From a virus (Duplodnaviria; Caudoviricetes), in IMG/VR virus record IMGVR_UViG_3300034032_000015, positions 1-40,734 of that record: DNA of 40,734 nucleotides. The stretch is one strand, 5' to 3'. The position numbers and the translations under genes were made by a program. This document shows, piece after piece, positions 8,107 to 18,393 of this stretch. Positions within the stretch are counted from its first letter, which is position 1, and every line of letters starts with the position of its first letter. The notes under the pieces were generated by a model. It was not told the origin of the DNA. It saw only the letters and a list, made by a program, of their open reading frames with translations, and ran no database searches.

Positions 8107-10734
8107 TTATCCCGAAGCGCTTACTTTAAATTGGCGGGACGAGAACCGGCCCTTTGAATCAGTAATGGTGCACGTGACGTCAATAGATGACATTGAACCT
8201 CCCGTGGTTTGAGACAATGCCTTAAAAGACATGCGATCATTTGTGTTAGTGATTGAGCTGTAAGTGTAGGTAATCTCGGTATCGCCATCGATGTCGGGGA
8301 TAACGGACCAAGCTATTGTGAAAGGCCCAACTCCGCCAGCAATAGACGCGGTTTGCGTTCCGATAGGAGAAGCAGGTTTATACACCCCCGACGCGCTGAT
8401 ATCACTCATTGCAGCTAACACAGGCGGGTTGTTGACCACACCCGCCGCCGCAGCCCCCGTCGATGCTTGAGTCACCAGAGTTTCAGCTAACACACCCGCG
8501 ACATTGGTGCCGGATGGTGCACCAACGGTTGCATTCAAGTCGCCCGTGTAGGAGTTCCTGTCGAGGTCGAGCACCCAGGCAGTAAATGAGGTATTGGTCC
8601 CTGCGGCGGTGGCCGTGTAGCGGCGATACGTCTTGCTGTCGACAAGGGCATACTGATACAAGCCCCCGCCGGAATTGTCCGAGTATTGTTTGACAGTTTC
8701 CAGGGTGAAGTAGCCACTCACGGAAGTAAATACAAAAGTGTCCGCCTGCTTGAATTGACGAGTGGTACCCACTGGATATTCGGACGGGTGGTCGTTCCTA
8801 TTCCGCGCCCCAAAGTGAGTCCCGCTGCCGAGGTCCACCGTTACAAGCTGGTTGGCAAGTGTTGCTGCTTTCGCGTAGACAGCAGTAAGTAGCGAGGCCT
8901 TGGCGTTGGCATAGCCGGTCCATTTTGCATTGAACACTGTGCGGTCGATGCTGGTATCAAGCGCGGTGTTGTTCCAAGCAGGCGATAGGAGGGATAAATA
9001 GTCAGCCAGGGCGTTAAGAGCTGCCAAGTATGCAGCGGAGGGAACCCCAAGGTCGGCGGCTTTATTGAGAAGCCCTGTAAATTCCCCTTCAATTGCCTGC
9101 CAATCCAAAACAGCCTGTGCCTTTTCGCTGCGGTCCAGAATTCCATCCGAGGAGATATTATCGTAGCGTGTATTGGCAAGAGCCGCCTGAATCACCGCCG
9201 TGTCAGCGGCAAGTTTCGCAGCAGCGGCAGTTGCAGAAAGTCCCGCGCCGCCCTCGGACCACTTGGACGGTACTGTCTGCGTTGCCCCTGCTTCCCCGAT
9301 GTACCACTTGGAGTAGAAGACGTATGGGTCAGAACCGCCTAAGTTATGGTACTGCATACCTTTCAGAAAAGCCGATGCGGCTCCGGGGGGTGCAGTGACA
9401 AATCCAAAAGAGCGTGGAAAGTCCGTGGGGTTGGTGACTACACTAGCCCCATTTGAGGCAACAAAATTCCCAGCAGTCTCTGTAATGTACTGACCGGACG
9501 AGGTGTACCACAACAGCACAGCAAGACCACTACAGCGGTGTGAGCTGATGTTGATACCAAATTCGTACCGACGCCCCGCCACTACGGGGATTCGAGCGCC
9601 GCTGTCTTTATAGCAGTCAATGTAGGTGCCATTGGGCGGGGTTACCGTCGGAACGTGCGTGAACACACAACCACCAGCCCCTCCACCTGACCAGTAAGAA
9701 GTGCTGTCATACAGTGGACCTTCCCACACGTAAGCGTTGGAGCTGGACGCCGCCGTAAACCCCGACGCACTGTTTGGCAGTGTGTTCGTCGGGAGCATGT
9801 TCCCGCCAGTAGGCGCAATGTCCGTGGCCGTGGTCGCGGTCTTCGCGTAGACAGCAGTAAGTAGCGCGGCCTTGGCGTTGTAGTAGCCGGTCCACATTGA
9901 ATTGAACGTGGTGCGAACGATGCTCGTGTCTTGCGTCGTATCGTTCCAGGCTGGCGACATCCCCGACAAATAGGTAGCAAGCGAGTCAGTTGCGTTCACG
10001 TAGCTGTTAGTAGGCACAGCCAACGCCTGAGCTTGAGCGATAAGCCCCGTACTTTCTCCGGTAATCGTTGCCCAGTCCAGAACAACTTGTGCCTTCTCGC
10101 TGCGGTCGAGCACGCCGTCGTTGGACATATTGGTGTAGCGCGTGTTTGCTAGAGCTGCCTGCGCAGCCGCATCGGTTGCGGCTGTTTGCGCTGCCGTTAC
10201 CTCCGTGACATCCTGCATCTGGAAGTCCTGAATCTCCCAATAACCCGCAGTGCCGTTATAGTTCAACAGGAACAACGGGCGCACCTGCGTAACCCCCACT
10301 TGCCAGTCTGCGGACGACCACGTGAAGCTGTAAGGTTGCCAAGTCTGCGCAGAGCTTGGGGTTGCAGCTCCGGGCTTGTAAGGTTCAAGGCCCGAGTTGC
10401 CAGGCCCGAAATTGCCATTCGCAAGGTACTGACGCAACGCGAAATAGAACGTCCCGTTGGCGGTAGCTGAGGCACGCGCCCAAAAGCGGACACGGTAGAC
10501 GCGGGTTCGGTCGATGGCAAAAAAGGTATTCTGCTCATATTGTGCTGGGACACCTGCAACACTGCGCCGTACAGTGACACCCGAGGGCCCGTCTGTTACA
10601 GTTACAATTGGAACTAAATCGGGCCAGCTCACATCGTCCAAACCTGGATAGAGATAACGTAAAGGCACCACAACCGTCGTGCGGCTGGCAGATGCCGCAA
10701 GCATGACGCTTCGTGCGTTGACAAGAGCTACCAT
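8107..10734 (-). CDS. tail fibre / receptor-binding protein with carbohydrate-binding-like domains
   Basis: 875 aa; two beta-sandwich-like segments (RTRVYRVRFWAR...WQPYSFT and IPVVAGRRYEF...FVTAPPGA) each followed by a 107-aa repeat; located in the tail tip module. Confidence 0.75.
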   Translation of the reverse strand: MVALVNARSVMLAASASRTTVVVPLRYLYPGLDDVSWPDLVPIVTVTDGPSGVTVRRSVAGVPAQYEQNTFFAIDRTRVYRVRFWARASATANGTFYFALRQYLANGNFGPGNSGLEPYKPGAATPSSAQTWQPYSFTWSSADWQVGVTQVRPLFLLNYNGTAGYWEIQDFQMQDVTEVTAAQTAATDAAAQAALANTRYTNMSNDGVLDRSEKAQVVLDWATITGESTGLIAQAQALAVPTNSYVNATDSLATYLSGMSPAWNDTTQDTSIVRTTFNSMWTGYYNAKAALLTAVYAKTATTATDIAPTGGNMLPTNTLPNSASGFTAASSSNAYVWEGPLYDSTSYWSGGGAGGCVFTHVPTVTPPNGTYIDCYKDSGARIPVVAGRRYEFGINISSHRCSGLAVLLWYTSSGQYITETAGNFVASNGASVVTNPTDFPRSFGFVTAPPGAASAFLKGMQYHNLGGSDPYVFYSKWYIGEAGATQTVPSKWSEGGAGLSATAAAAKLAADTAVIQAALANTRYDNISSDGILDRSEKAQAVLDWQAIEGEFTGLLNKAADLGVPSAAYLAALNALADYLSLLSPAWNNTALDTSIDRTVFNAKWTGYANAKASLLTAVYAKAATLANQLVTVDLGSGTHFGARNRNDHPSEYPVGTTRQFKQADTFVFTSVSGYFTLETVKQYSDNSGGGLYQYALVDSKTYRRYTATAAGTNTSFTAWVLDLDRNSYTGDLNATVGAPSGTNVAGVLAETLVTQASTGAAAAGVVNNPPVLAAMSDISASGVYKPASPIGTQTASIAGGVGPFTIAWSVIPDIDGDTEITYTYSSITNTNDRMSFKALSQTTGGSMSSIDVTCTITDSKGRFSSRQFKVSASG
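8869..10161 (-). repeat. intragenic duplication, two 321-bp copies (9841-10161 and 8869-9189)
   Basis: Both copies encode QAALANTRY.N.S.DG.LDRSEKAQ.VLDW...SPAWN.T..DTSI.RT.FN..WTGY.NAKA.LLTAVYAK; DNA identity visible, e.g. TCGCGTAGACAGCAGTAAGTAGCG at about 8871 and 9843. Confidence 0.9.
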
Positions 10735-12194
10735 TATGCGAGCACCCCTACTAAGACTTCACGTTTGAGCCAATTAGGCTTGAGCTTAACAACCATTCCG
10801 CTTGCACCTGCTGACATATTGTAATAAGGATGAACTAGAGTGACCCCGTCGCCCAATTGCAGATCTAACAGTTCGCTGGTGCCAACAAACTCGTAGACAC
10901 CTCTCTGTGTTGACCACAGTATGCGGAGGCGGTCGCATTCCGCTTGTGCTTCAGATTCAATCTGCAATGCTGTAGTCCGCATTACCGGTTCCAGCGTTTT
11001 CTTGTATTTGGTGCGGAGCGTGCTGTTATCAGATTTAACTTTCAACCATTCCAACGCAAGCATTTCTTCATGTTCCAGCGGAATGCCGTCTAGATTATCT
11101 TGTACAGCATTGTTCTTACAGAAGCCTAGAACAACAGTTGGTTGGACCGGGGGTCGCTCAACAAGACGCAACTCTTCATTTTTTTGGAACATATAAGACT
11201 GATCGATTACCCTTTGCACGCCTGGTGCAGGGAGTTCGATTTTAACTAAACGCAACTTACCATCCATTGTAGGCACCATTTGCGCGCCTACACTAGAAGC
11301 CAAGAACTGGCAGATTGGGTAAATGTTTTCCCGTCCGGTTGAATAATATCCAATCGTTTGCGGGTTTGCAGTGTTGAACGCTGCAAAGTTTGCTGTATCA
11401 ATGTCTGCCGCTGTTAAGCGGTCTGTCACTTTACCGTAACCTGTTACAATGCGCTGGATGACTGTTGCAACCGTTTTAGAGTAGACGCCACCGAACTTGT
11501 CGCCTTGCATGGTTGTCGTAACCATACCTTTACCGACGTTTGTGGTAAAGCTGAACTTACCGGTTGTCAGATCTTTTGTTACAAGGCGCACTTTGGCGTC
11601 AGTGAGAACTTCATTGAAATCCTCAATCTGTCCGCCACTATGACCTTGGTAAGTTTGGGTTGCTTGCGAAACCAAGATCGGAATCGCGTTAAAGTTCTCC
11701 CCGAACGCACTAGGTACGATAACATTTTTATTGGTGCTAGTGCCTCCCAGCACCACATCATTGAGCGCAGCGTTCAACTGCTGAAAGCGGTCAATGATCT
11801 TTAAGTTCAGGGTCTCTGCATCCTGGCTATCAATGTCCGTAATGTAACCGGTGAAGACTGTAAAGAAGTCGTCTATCGCCCATTCGACGTCCCCAACCTT
11901 TTGAACGATTACGCGGTTTGACCACACATAGTTCAGCAAGTAGTCGAACTCGTGGTTCGGGTTATGAATCTTTAAGTCGCTGTAAGACAGATTGGTTGGT
12001 GACAAATTAATGCTCAATTGTTGAACATACTCAACTCCAATTGAAACAATTGGCAAATACTCGGAGCTGTAGTCACCGACCGAAAACTTCAAAGCTGTCT
12101 CTGTCCCCGCAATGTCGGCAAAGGTCTCCACCAGCAGGATCGGTGTGCTGGTGGGGCTCTCTAACCATGCTTTGATTTCAGCAGCAGTTTTCAT
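10734..12194 (-). CDS. tail tip / hub-like minor tail protein
   Basis: 486 aa directly after the tape measure; C-terminal LDLQLGDGVTLVHP motif typical of hub-like tail proteins. Confidence 0.65.
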   Translation of the reverse strand: MKTAAEIKAWLESPTSTPILLVETFADIAGTETALKFSVGDYSSEYLPIVSIGVEYVQQLSINLSPTNLSYSDLKIHNPNHEFDYLLNYVWSNRVIVQKVGDVEWAIDDFFTVFTGYITDIDSQDAETLNLKIIDRFQQLNAALNDVVLGGTSTNKNVIVPSAFGENFNAIPILVSQATQTYQGHSGGQIEDFNEVLTDAKVRLVTKDLTTGKFSFTTNVGKGMVTTTMQGDKFGGVYSKTVATVIQRIVTGYGKVTDRLTAADIDTANFAAFNTANPQTIGYYSTGRENIYPICQFLASSVGAQMVPTMDGKLRLVKIELPAPGVQRVIDQSYMFQKNEELRLVERPPVQPTVVLGFCKNNAVQDNLDGIPLEHEEMLALEWLKVKSDNSTLRTKYKKTLEPVMRTTALQIESEAQAECDRLRILWSTQRGVYEFVGTSELLDLQLGDGVTLVHPYYNMSAGASGMVVKLKPNWLKREVLVGVLA

Positions 12195-15100
12195 AAAACA
12201 GTTGATTCCATTTGCAGACGACGGGCGTAATTACCAGAGTTTGTTGCAGTTTGCATTCCAACGTTCACCGCTTTAGAAACGATTGCAGCTCCTGCCAACG
12301 AACTAGCTACTTGCTGGCCGCTGTTGACAATCGCTTGGTTCTTGAGTTCAACGATTTCGTTTTTAAGACTAACGATTACGTTAATAAGTGGATCACTGGA
12401 AAGCGCTGGTACATTGTACTGTGTATTGCCAATAGGTGTCAATGGACCGCCACCGCCCGAGCCAACAGATGTGCTAGTTGGAAACATTGCAGCCATTAGT
12501 TCCCGGATTGCTTGGGTGACAGTTACGACTTCTTCCTTTACATCAATAAGTCCAGATACTTGACGTTCCAAAGCATTCAAGCTTGCTTGGGCGACATCAA
12601 CTTGGCTTTGAGCCCAACGTGCAGCTTCACGAATGTCAGACTGCACCTTGTTGAAGTCTGCAACAAAACGTTCGTTAGACGAGTTGACAACGTCAGAAGC
12701 ACTGATAAATGCGCTCGCAACAGATTGTAGATTTGCTTGCGCATCTTTGTCACCACCCTTAGCAGAGGCATATGTCCGCTCGTACTGTGCATTTGCTTCA
12801 AGGTACTTCTGTTCAGGAGTCAAAGTTGACTCCGAGCCCAGCAGCAAACCATCTGCAAAACTCTTCAGCGAGGTAGCCCAATCTTTCATTGAGTCTACCG
12901 TATTTTGCAGCGCATCCTTTTCGCGACCATAAGCGTCGTTCAAACGATCCTTAGCTGTGGTCACACCTTCTAACAGCGTTTCTTCATCTTCCAATGCCCA
13001 CACGCGCATCTGCAAAGGTTTCAAGCTTGCGTCCAATTGGTCCAGTTCCAGCTGACGTTGTTTCTGCGTAATCAAACGCACGTCGCCTGTTTTCTTTTCC
13101 AACTGTGCAATCTTCAATTGCAGACTAAGTTGATTGTCGTAACGCTTCGATTCGTATTTTGCAACTTCATCGAATGCAGGTGCAAGCTCCATCAGGTTGG
13201 CGTAAAGCTTCTGCTCAGCAGCGTTCGTCAGATCGAGACTGCGGATCTTTTGTTTGAACATTGCGGCAGAGGTGATTTCACCCATGTTCAGTTCCATCAA
13301 GCGCTTAGCAACGGACTGAGTAACAGGTCCCATCTTTTCAGCTTCAGTCAAGAAGTTGTCAACGAAGAACTTGGTGCCTTTTGTCAGTTCTTCCAAACCG
13401 CCAGCGGCTTCAATCAAACCTTCACTAACCTTGATTGCAGTCAGACCAGTAAGGTTGAAAGTCTTGTTCAATACTGCAAACACGTCTTTAACCTGACCCA
13501 AACTGTTAGCCACACGCATCACAGTTTCAAGGTAGCCTTCTCCTACGTGTTGGAACTCATCGAGTCCTTGCACGGAGAACCTAGCCATGTCGTCGCCCAG
13601 CTTACTGAATACGCCTTGCAGCGCTTCTTCAACTTGCGCACCAGTCATACCTTTCAAGCTAATCTTGCCGACGTCGATTACAAACGAGTCAAGACGTTTG
13701 CTGAAAGCATCTCCACCCAAGCCGAGTCCCACAGCAGCCTGGTTGATGCTCAGCGTCATATTTTCGATTGTTTTCGAGAACTGGCTGTTAGCGTCAGCAC
13801 CCAACGATTTAGTTGAAGTGCTGTACTTGTCACTGTGGAACCAACCACCATCTTTCTTTGTATCAGTGTACTGAGTAGCGGAGACAGAATTAATTGCCTT
13901 CCCAACAGTGGTCCTATCCATACTGAAGCCGGAGTCCTGCACACTTGTGGAACCACCAAAAATCGAGTTGAGTGCTTTACCAACATATCCGCCAACATTG
14001 ATGCCACGAGTATCAGGGGCAGTCGCACCGCTAATTCCCGTAGTTCGAACAATCAAGCTTGTCAAAGCTTTAATGTTGTCAGATACGCTGCGCAGATAGT
14101 TAACCATCGAATCACCTTGAGCCAAACCGAGCTCAGAGTTACGCGACATAATATCAATACCTTTTGCAATAGAGTTACTCTTAGCATCCATGTCACCAAG
14201 CACAGAACCTGTGCCTTGGGCCTTTTGACGTTCAGCTGAACTGTTACCTTTACCCGGTCCACCGCCTCCACCAGATACCGCTACACCCAAACCTGCGACC
14301 AATGCTGCCATACTTGCCATACGGGCAAATGCGCTATAAGGGTCACCTGAACCTTGATTCAGAACCGCAGCAATTGCTTTTGGAACCAAGCTGGCAACGG
14401 TCATTGCCAGTTCAGCAGCGTGGAAGACTTGTGAAATCATCATCAACGTTTTGTAACCTTTAGACTGTTCGCCAAAGAAGCCAGCAGCAGCACCAGCCAT
14501 GTCACCGTATTCGTTCATACGGTTACGTGCACTAGCGGCGTTGTACTTATCTTGCGACTCAGCGTTCAGTGCAGCTTCGTTGTCCAACATTACATGGGCA
14601 GCGCGCTCGGTTACCAATTGTTTGTTGAGCTCAAGCTGGTTTTGCTGACCCTGGGCAAACGCTTTAAACATAGCGGCAGCAGCTTTGCCGCCCTTACCAA
14701 AGCTGTCCGTAAGGGACTTAGCAATAGTGTTGCCAGCAGCCTGCCATTGCTTTGCCACGTTGTCCGCATCCTTACCATACTGTTGCGGGGACACTGCTTC
14801 CAGTGCTGCACCTTTCTTTTCAAGGCTGGCCAACTCACGTTGCTTGTCAATCTGTTGGTTCAGAAATGCCAGGCGTTTGGTGTACAGTTCGCGGTCAGTG
14901 CCGATCAGCGTGATGCCTGCTTCGTTACCGTCCAGCAGGTTCTTGATGACCACAGCTTCTGCTTCGTTAGCGCGTGCCAGTTCCTCGTCGCGCGCAGAGC
15001 GAGCGAGTTCGATTTGCTCTTTGGTCTTGCCGATTTCTTCGTTGTGCTGACGTTGCTTAGCGATAGCGCGATCAAGCTTTTCCAGTTCGTTGGAATTGCT

Positions 15101-18001
15101 CCGGTCAATAGCGTCGTTCAGCTTTTCGTAAGCTCGCACAGCTCCGTCCGCCTGGTCGGAGATGTCTTGCATTTTATCTGAACCAATACCAGCTTTCGCT
15201 TCTTTCAGCTTGTTGGCGGTATCACCGCGCAGCTTGGCATCTTTCTTCAGGTTGTACTTATCCAGCACAGCAAGACGTTTTTTATTCCATTCATCCAGTG
15301 CGGTCAACTCTTCTGAACGCAAGCTAGAAATCTGTTGGTAGCCGTCTTCCTGCGTAATACGTTCCGCATTTATCGACTTCTTCAACATTGACTCTTTACG
15401 ATCGTTAGCTTGTTTGACCAGTTTGAACTGCGAATCAATTTCGTTCAGCTGAGCTGCAATGCGACCGTCCGGATCTTCCTGCGCACTGGCGCCGCGAGGA
15501 GTCTTGTTGTGATACTTAGCACGGATGAGTTTGATGGACTCAGCTAGTGTTTCTTCGGTTTCAAGTTTCAGCTTACCGGACTTAATGTCGTCAGCCATTG
15601 CAGCATCGCGCAATGATGCTTCGCCCTTATAGAGCTTCTCCCACTCTTTAATCTTACCAGTGTTGTAGAACATTGCACCTTGCATCAGCCGCTCGATGTG
15701 CTGGTCTGCAATGGTGTCTTTTTGACGAGTCATGTTGCGGATATATGTCATCTCCCGCGAACCAAAAATCGCCTGTTGGTCGATTAATGCTTCTTCTGCA
15801 GTCTGCGTCGTTTTGTTTTTTTCGTCGTTGAACTCTTTGGTATATTGCATTACCAGATTCAACTGAGTCTTGAAGCCTTCGTTATAGCTATCGAAACGTT
15901 TCTTCTGACCGCTACGATCGTAATCTTCTTGTGATTGACCAGCTTGGCGATCTGCACCGTCACGCAGCTTGCGCATTTCATTCATTTGCAAACGAGCAGC
16001 TTCCAGTTTCTGACCAATGCTGTCGCTCTTGCCAAGTTCCATCATCCAGTGCTTGACGTCCTGGAGAATCATTACCCAGCCTTTATAAGAGGCCACCAGT
16101 ATGCCCACATTCTTGTTCTGCACTTGCAAGCTGTCGTTCATACGGTTAGCGATTTCGATCTGCGCTTCTTGCGTCTGACCTGCCGCTGCCAGTGTACGGA
16201 TGTACTCGTACTGAGTCACATTCAAGAAGTGATACTGCTCGTTCGCTTTAGACGCCCAGTCAGCAGTTTGGTTCTGCATTTCGTTAAACACTTTGCCGTG
16301 CACCTTGACCATGCCTTCAAAGTATTTGGCAACTTGCTCGGTGCTCTGTCCGGACAAGCGTTGGAAGTTCAAAGCAGCTTCACCAATTGCTTCCAAGCTC
16401 TTGGCGGTAAATTTCCCCGACCCTGCCAGCGTGACAAGCATCTCAGTTGTGGTCACAATTGCACCGTGAGCGTTACCTTTGAGCTCTTCAGCCATTTCGG
16501 CAATAGAGTCGCGGGTCTGACCTGCAAAGCCACCGCTGAGCTGCATAGCGTTGTTGAAGCGATAGAGCTCGGCAGCACCATGGGCCATTTGCCAAGCTAG
16601 TACACCCAATGCAGCAAGGACGCCCAAAGCTACCGCGCCCAAGCCTGTAAAAGCGAGAGCAGCAGCATCGGTGTATTCCGCCATAACCATCATGGATGCT
16701 GGGATTTTCGAGAAGCGACCTTGGACAGCTTCGTGGGCCAGAACAATCATTTCAGAACGTGCACGAGCAGTTTTCAAGTTCATGCCGTCCCAAGCCTCGC
16801 CAACTGTTTTGATTTCAGCGTGACCTTTCTTATGGGAAGCAGTAACCGCGTTCATCGCAGTTTCGTGCTCTTTCAAATATTGATTGATGTTTGGCAAGTC
16901 TTTGAACGCTGCGTTCGAGAACATACCTGACAGCGTTTCAGGACGAATTGCAGAGCTAGCTTGATACGCTTGCAGCTTCTGCAATTCAGCGATCTTTGCT
17001 TTGGTAGACATTTCAGCGTAACGGATGTCCGCCATTGCAGCTTTCTCAGCAGCAACAGCAGCTTTTTCCTTATCCGCAAGTCCGCGCAAATAGACAGCTT
17101 CGTGTGCTTCCATTTGTTTGAGCGCAGAGTATTCAGCGGACTTGGTGATTGCATTGTTTGCCGCAAGTTCTTTTTGAACGTGTGCGTCCAGAGCAGCTTC
17201 GTCAGCTTTGCGCAATGCTTGCTTCTTAAGGAACACTGTCTCAGCAGCTTCCATTTCTTTCAGGGCTGCATATTCGGCAGCAGCGGTACGTTTCAGGTAA
17301 GCAGCTTCAGCCGCTTCCATTTCGCGCAATGCAGCGTATTCGATCGCTTCGCTTTTACCTTTAATGATTGCAGCTTCGCGTTGGATGTGCGCAACCAATG
17401 CAGCTTCATCCGCAGCGCGGGCAGCAGCTTGTTTCAGGTAAACAGATTCGTTTGCCTCCATTACACGGAAGGCAGAGTATTCAGCTGCGCTGGTAGTCTT
17501 GAGGTACAACGCCTCATTTGCTTCCATGGTACGAAATGCGGAATACTCGAGTGCTTTTAATCCCACACCCTGACGCTCAATCGCAGCAATCATGGGTTCC
17601 GCGTCAACTGCAACACCCAACTGATTGGCGCGCAGACGCATCAGCTCAATGTTGGTCATGTTGAGTTCGGCAACTGTCTTGCTCAATGTTGCCAGGAATT
17701 GCTTACCAGCGTTCACAGTTTTCTCAACAGCATCGTCATACTGTTTCTGTGCGTTGACAGCTTTGTCGATCGCGCGCTGTTCATCTTCTAAAGCTTGACG
17801 TTTGCTCTTTGCAGCGCTGTTAAATTTATCAATAGCTGCGGTATTGCTCTCGACAGATTTAACCATCTCGTCGAGGTTTTTAGCGCTCTTAAGACCAGCA
17901 GCACCAAGAGCGTCCAAGTCTTTCGCACCCGTTACAGCCTGGGTTGTGTCAACTGAAACGCCAAGCGCTGCAATATCGGTGCCGCCGGTAGGAGTCGTCA
18001 T
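12191..18001 (-). CDS. tape measure protein
   Basis: 1936 aa, Ala/Lys/Glu-rich helical; N-terminal DIAALGVSVDT; follows the tail chaperone pair. Confidence 0.93.
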   Translation of the reverse strand: MTTPTGGTDIAALGVSVDTTQAVTGAKDLDALGAAGLKSAKNLDEMVKSVESNTAAIDKFNSAAKSKRQALEDEQRAIDKAVNAQKQYDDAVEKTVNAGKQFLATLSKTVAELNMTNIELMRLRANQLGVAVDAEPMIAAIERQGVGLKALEYSAFRTMEANEALYLKTTSAAEYSAFRVMEANESVYLKQAAARAADEAALVAHIQREAAIIKGKSEAIEYAALREMEAAEAAYLKRTAAAEYAALKEMEAAETVFLKKQALRKADEAALDAHVQKELAANNAITKSAEYSALKQMEAHEAVYLRGLADKEKAAVAAEKAAMADIRYAEMSTKAKIAELQKLQAYQASSAIRPETLSGMFSNAAFKDLPNINQYLKEHETAMNAVTASHKKGHAEIKTVGEAWDGMNLKTARARSEMIVLAHEAVQGRFSKIPASMMVMAEYTDAAALAFTGLGAVALGVLAALGVLAWQMAHGAAELYRFNNAMQLSGGFAGQTRDSIAEMAEELKGNAHGAIVTTTEMLVTLAGSGKFTAKSLEAIGEAALNFQRLSGQSTEQVAKYFEGMVKVHGKVFNEMQNQTADWASKANEQYHFLNVTQYEYIRTLAAAGQTQEAQIEIANRMNDSLQVQNKNVGILVASYKGWVMILQDVKHWMMELGKSDSIGQKLEAARLQMNEMRKLRDGADRQAGQSQEDYDRSGQKKRFDSYNEGFKTQLNLVMQYTKEFNDEKNKTTQTAEEALIDQQAIFGSREMTYIRNMTRQKDTIADQHIERLMQGAMFYNTGKIKEWEKLYKGEASLRDAAMADDIKSGKLKLETEETLAESIKLIRAKYHNKTPRGASAQEDPDGRIAAQLNEIDSQFKLVKQANDRKESMLKKSINAERITQEDGYQQISSLRSEELTALDEWNKKRLAVLDKYNLKKDAKLRGDTANKLKEAKAGIGSDKMQDISDQADGAVRAYEKLNDAIDRSNSNELEKLDRAIAKQRQHNEEIGKTKEQIELARSARDEELARANEAEAVVIKNLLDGNEAGITLIGTDRELYTKRLAFLNQQIDKQRELASLEKKGAALEAVSPQQYGKDADNVAKQWQAAGNTIAKSLTDSFGKGGKAAAAMFKAFAQGQQNQLELNKQLVTERAAHVMLDNEAALNAESQDKYNAASARNRMNEYGDMAGAAAGFFGEQSKGYKTLMMISQVFHAAELAMTVASLVPKAIAAVLNQGSGDPYSAFARMASMAALVAGLGVAVSGGGGGPGKGNSSAERQKAQGTGSVLGDMDAKSNSIAKGIDIMSRNSELGLAQGDSMVNYLRSVSDNIKALTSLIVRTTGISGATAPDTRGINVGGYVGKALNSIFGGSTSVQDSGFSMDRTTVGKAINSVSATQYTDTKKDGGWFHSDKYSTSTKSLGADANSQFSKTIENMTLSINQAAVGLGLGGDAFSKRLDSFVIDVGKISLKGMTGAQVEEALQGVFSKLGDDMARFSVQGLDEFQHVGEGYLETVMRVANSLGQVKDVFAVLNKTFNLTGLTAIKVSEGLIEAAGGLEELTKGTKFFVDNFLTEAEKMGPVTQSVAKRLMELNMGEITSAAMFKQKIRSLDLTNAAEQKLYANLMELAPAFDEVAKYESKRYDNQLSLQLKIAQLEKKTGDVRLITQKQRQLELDQLDASLKPLQMRVWALEDEETLLEGVTTAKDRLNDAYGREKDALQNTVDSMKDWATSLKSFADGLLLGSESTLTPEQKYLEANAQYERTYASAKGGDKDAQANLQSVASAFISASDVVNSSNERFVADFNKVQSDIREAARWAQSQVDVAQASLNALERQVSGLIDVKEEVVTVTQAIRELMAAMFPTSTSVGSGGGGPLTPIGNTQYNVPALSSDPLINVIVSLKNEIVELKNQAIVNSGQQVASSLAGAAIVSKAVNVGMQTATNSGNYARRLQMESTVL
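17084..17551 (-). repeat. five EY(S/A)A..xMEA.E..YL repeats in the TMP N-terminal region
   Basis: EYSAFRTMEANEALYLK, EYSAFRVMEANESVYLK, EYAALREMEAAEAAYLK, EYAALKEMEAAETVFLK, EYSALKQMEAHEAVYLR; paired copies are 22 aa apart. Confidence 0.85.
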
Positions 18002-18393
18002 TTGGTTTCTTTACTTTTAGAGTTCTGGTGTGCCATAAATGCGTCATCGATTGCACAAATAGCACGTCGTTCAAAAGGTAACAAGTTGATACCCATGCCT
18101 TGCGCCCATGCTGTTATTTCAACGTGTTTGATTGCGGCGACTTGCATTCCAACATCACGTGTCTTGTTTAACTGCACGAACCATTCCCAAATGTATTCAA
18201 CTTCATATGGGCAGTATTTAACTTCTGGTGCTTCTTTGAAAGTCTGATCCGAAATAACAGAAGCGGCAAACGGGGATTTAGTAGCAACGTCAACGTGTTC
18301 CTGTGTTGATGCCCCATCTCCCTGTTTGCCGCCCCAATAGAATTGCGACTTCGCGAATTCAGTTAAGCCTTGGATCAGACCTTCGTAAAATTT
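17998..18393 (-). CDS. tail assembly chaperone C-terminal (gpT-like) frame, reached by -1 frameshift
   Basis: Open -1 frame FYEGLIQG...YIWEWFVQLNKTR...EITAWAQGMG..LLPFERRAI.AIDDAFM...ETK* ending in ATGA overlap with the TMP start; slippery A AAT TTT at 18393-18387. Absent from the ORF track. Confidence 0.85.
   Translation of the reverse strand, partial: KFYEGLIQGLTEFAKSQFYWGGKQGDGASTQEHVDVATKSPFAASVISDQTFKEAPEVKYCPYEVEYIWEWFVQLNKTRDVGMQVAAIKHVEITAWAQGMGINLLPFERRAICAIDDAFMAHQNSKSKETK

Noticed and set aside
8869-10161. Diversity-generating retroelement TR/VR pair in the fibre gene
   Set aside because: Both copies are in-frame coding, differences are not adenine-specific, and there is no reverse transcriptase in the window.
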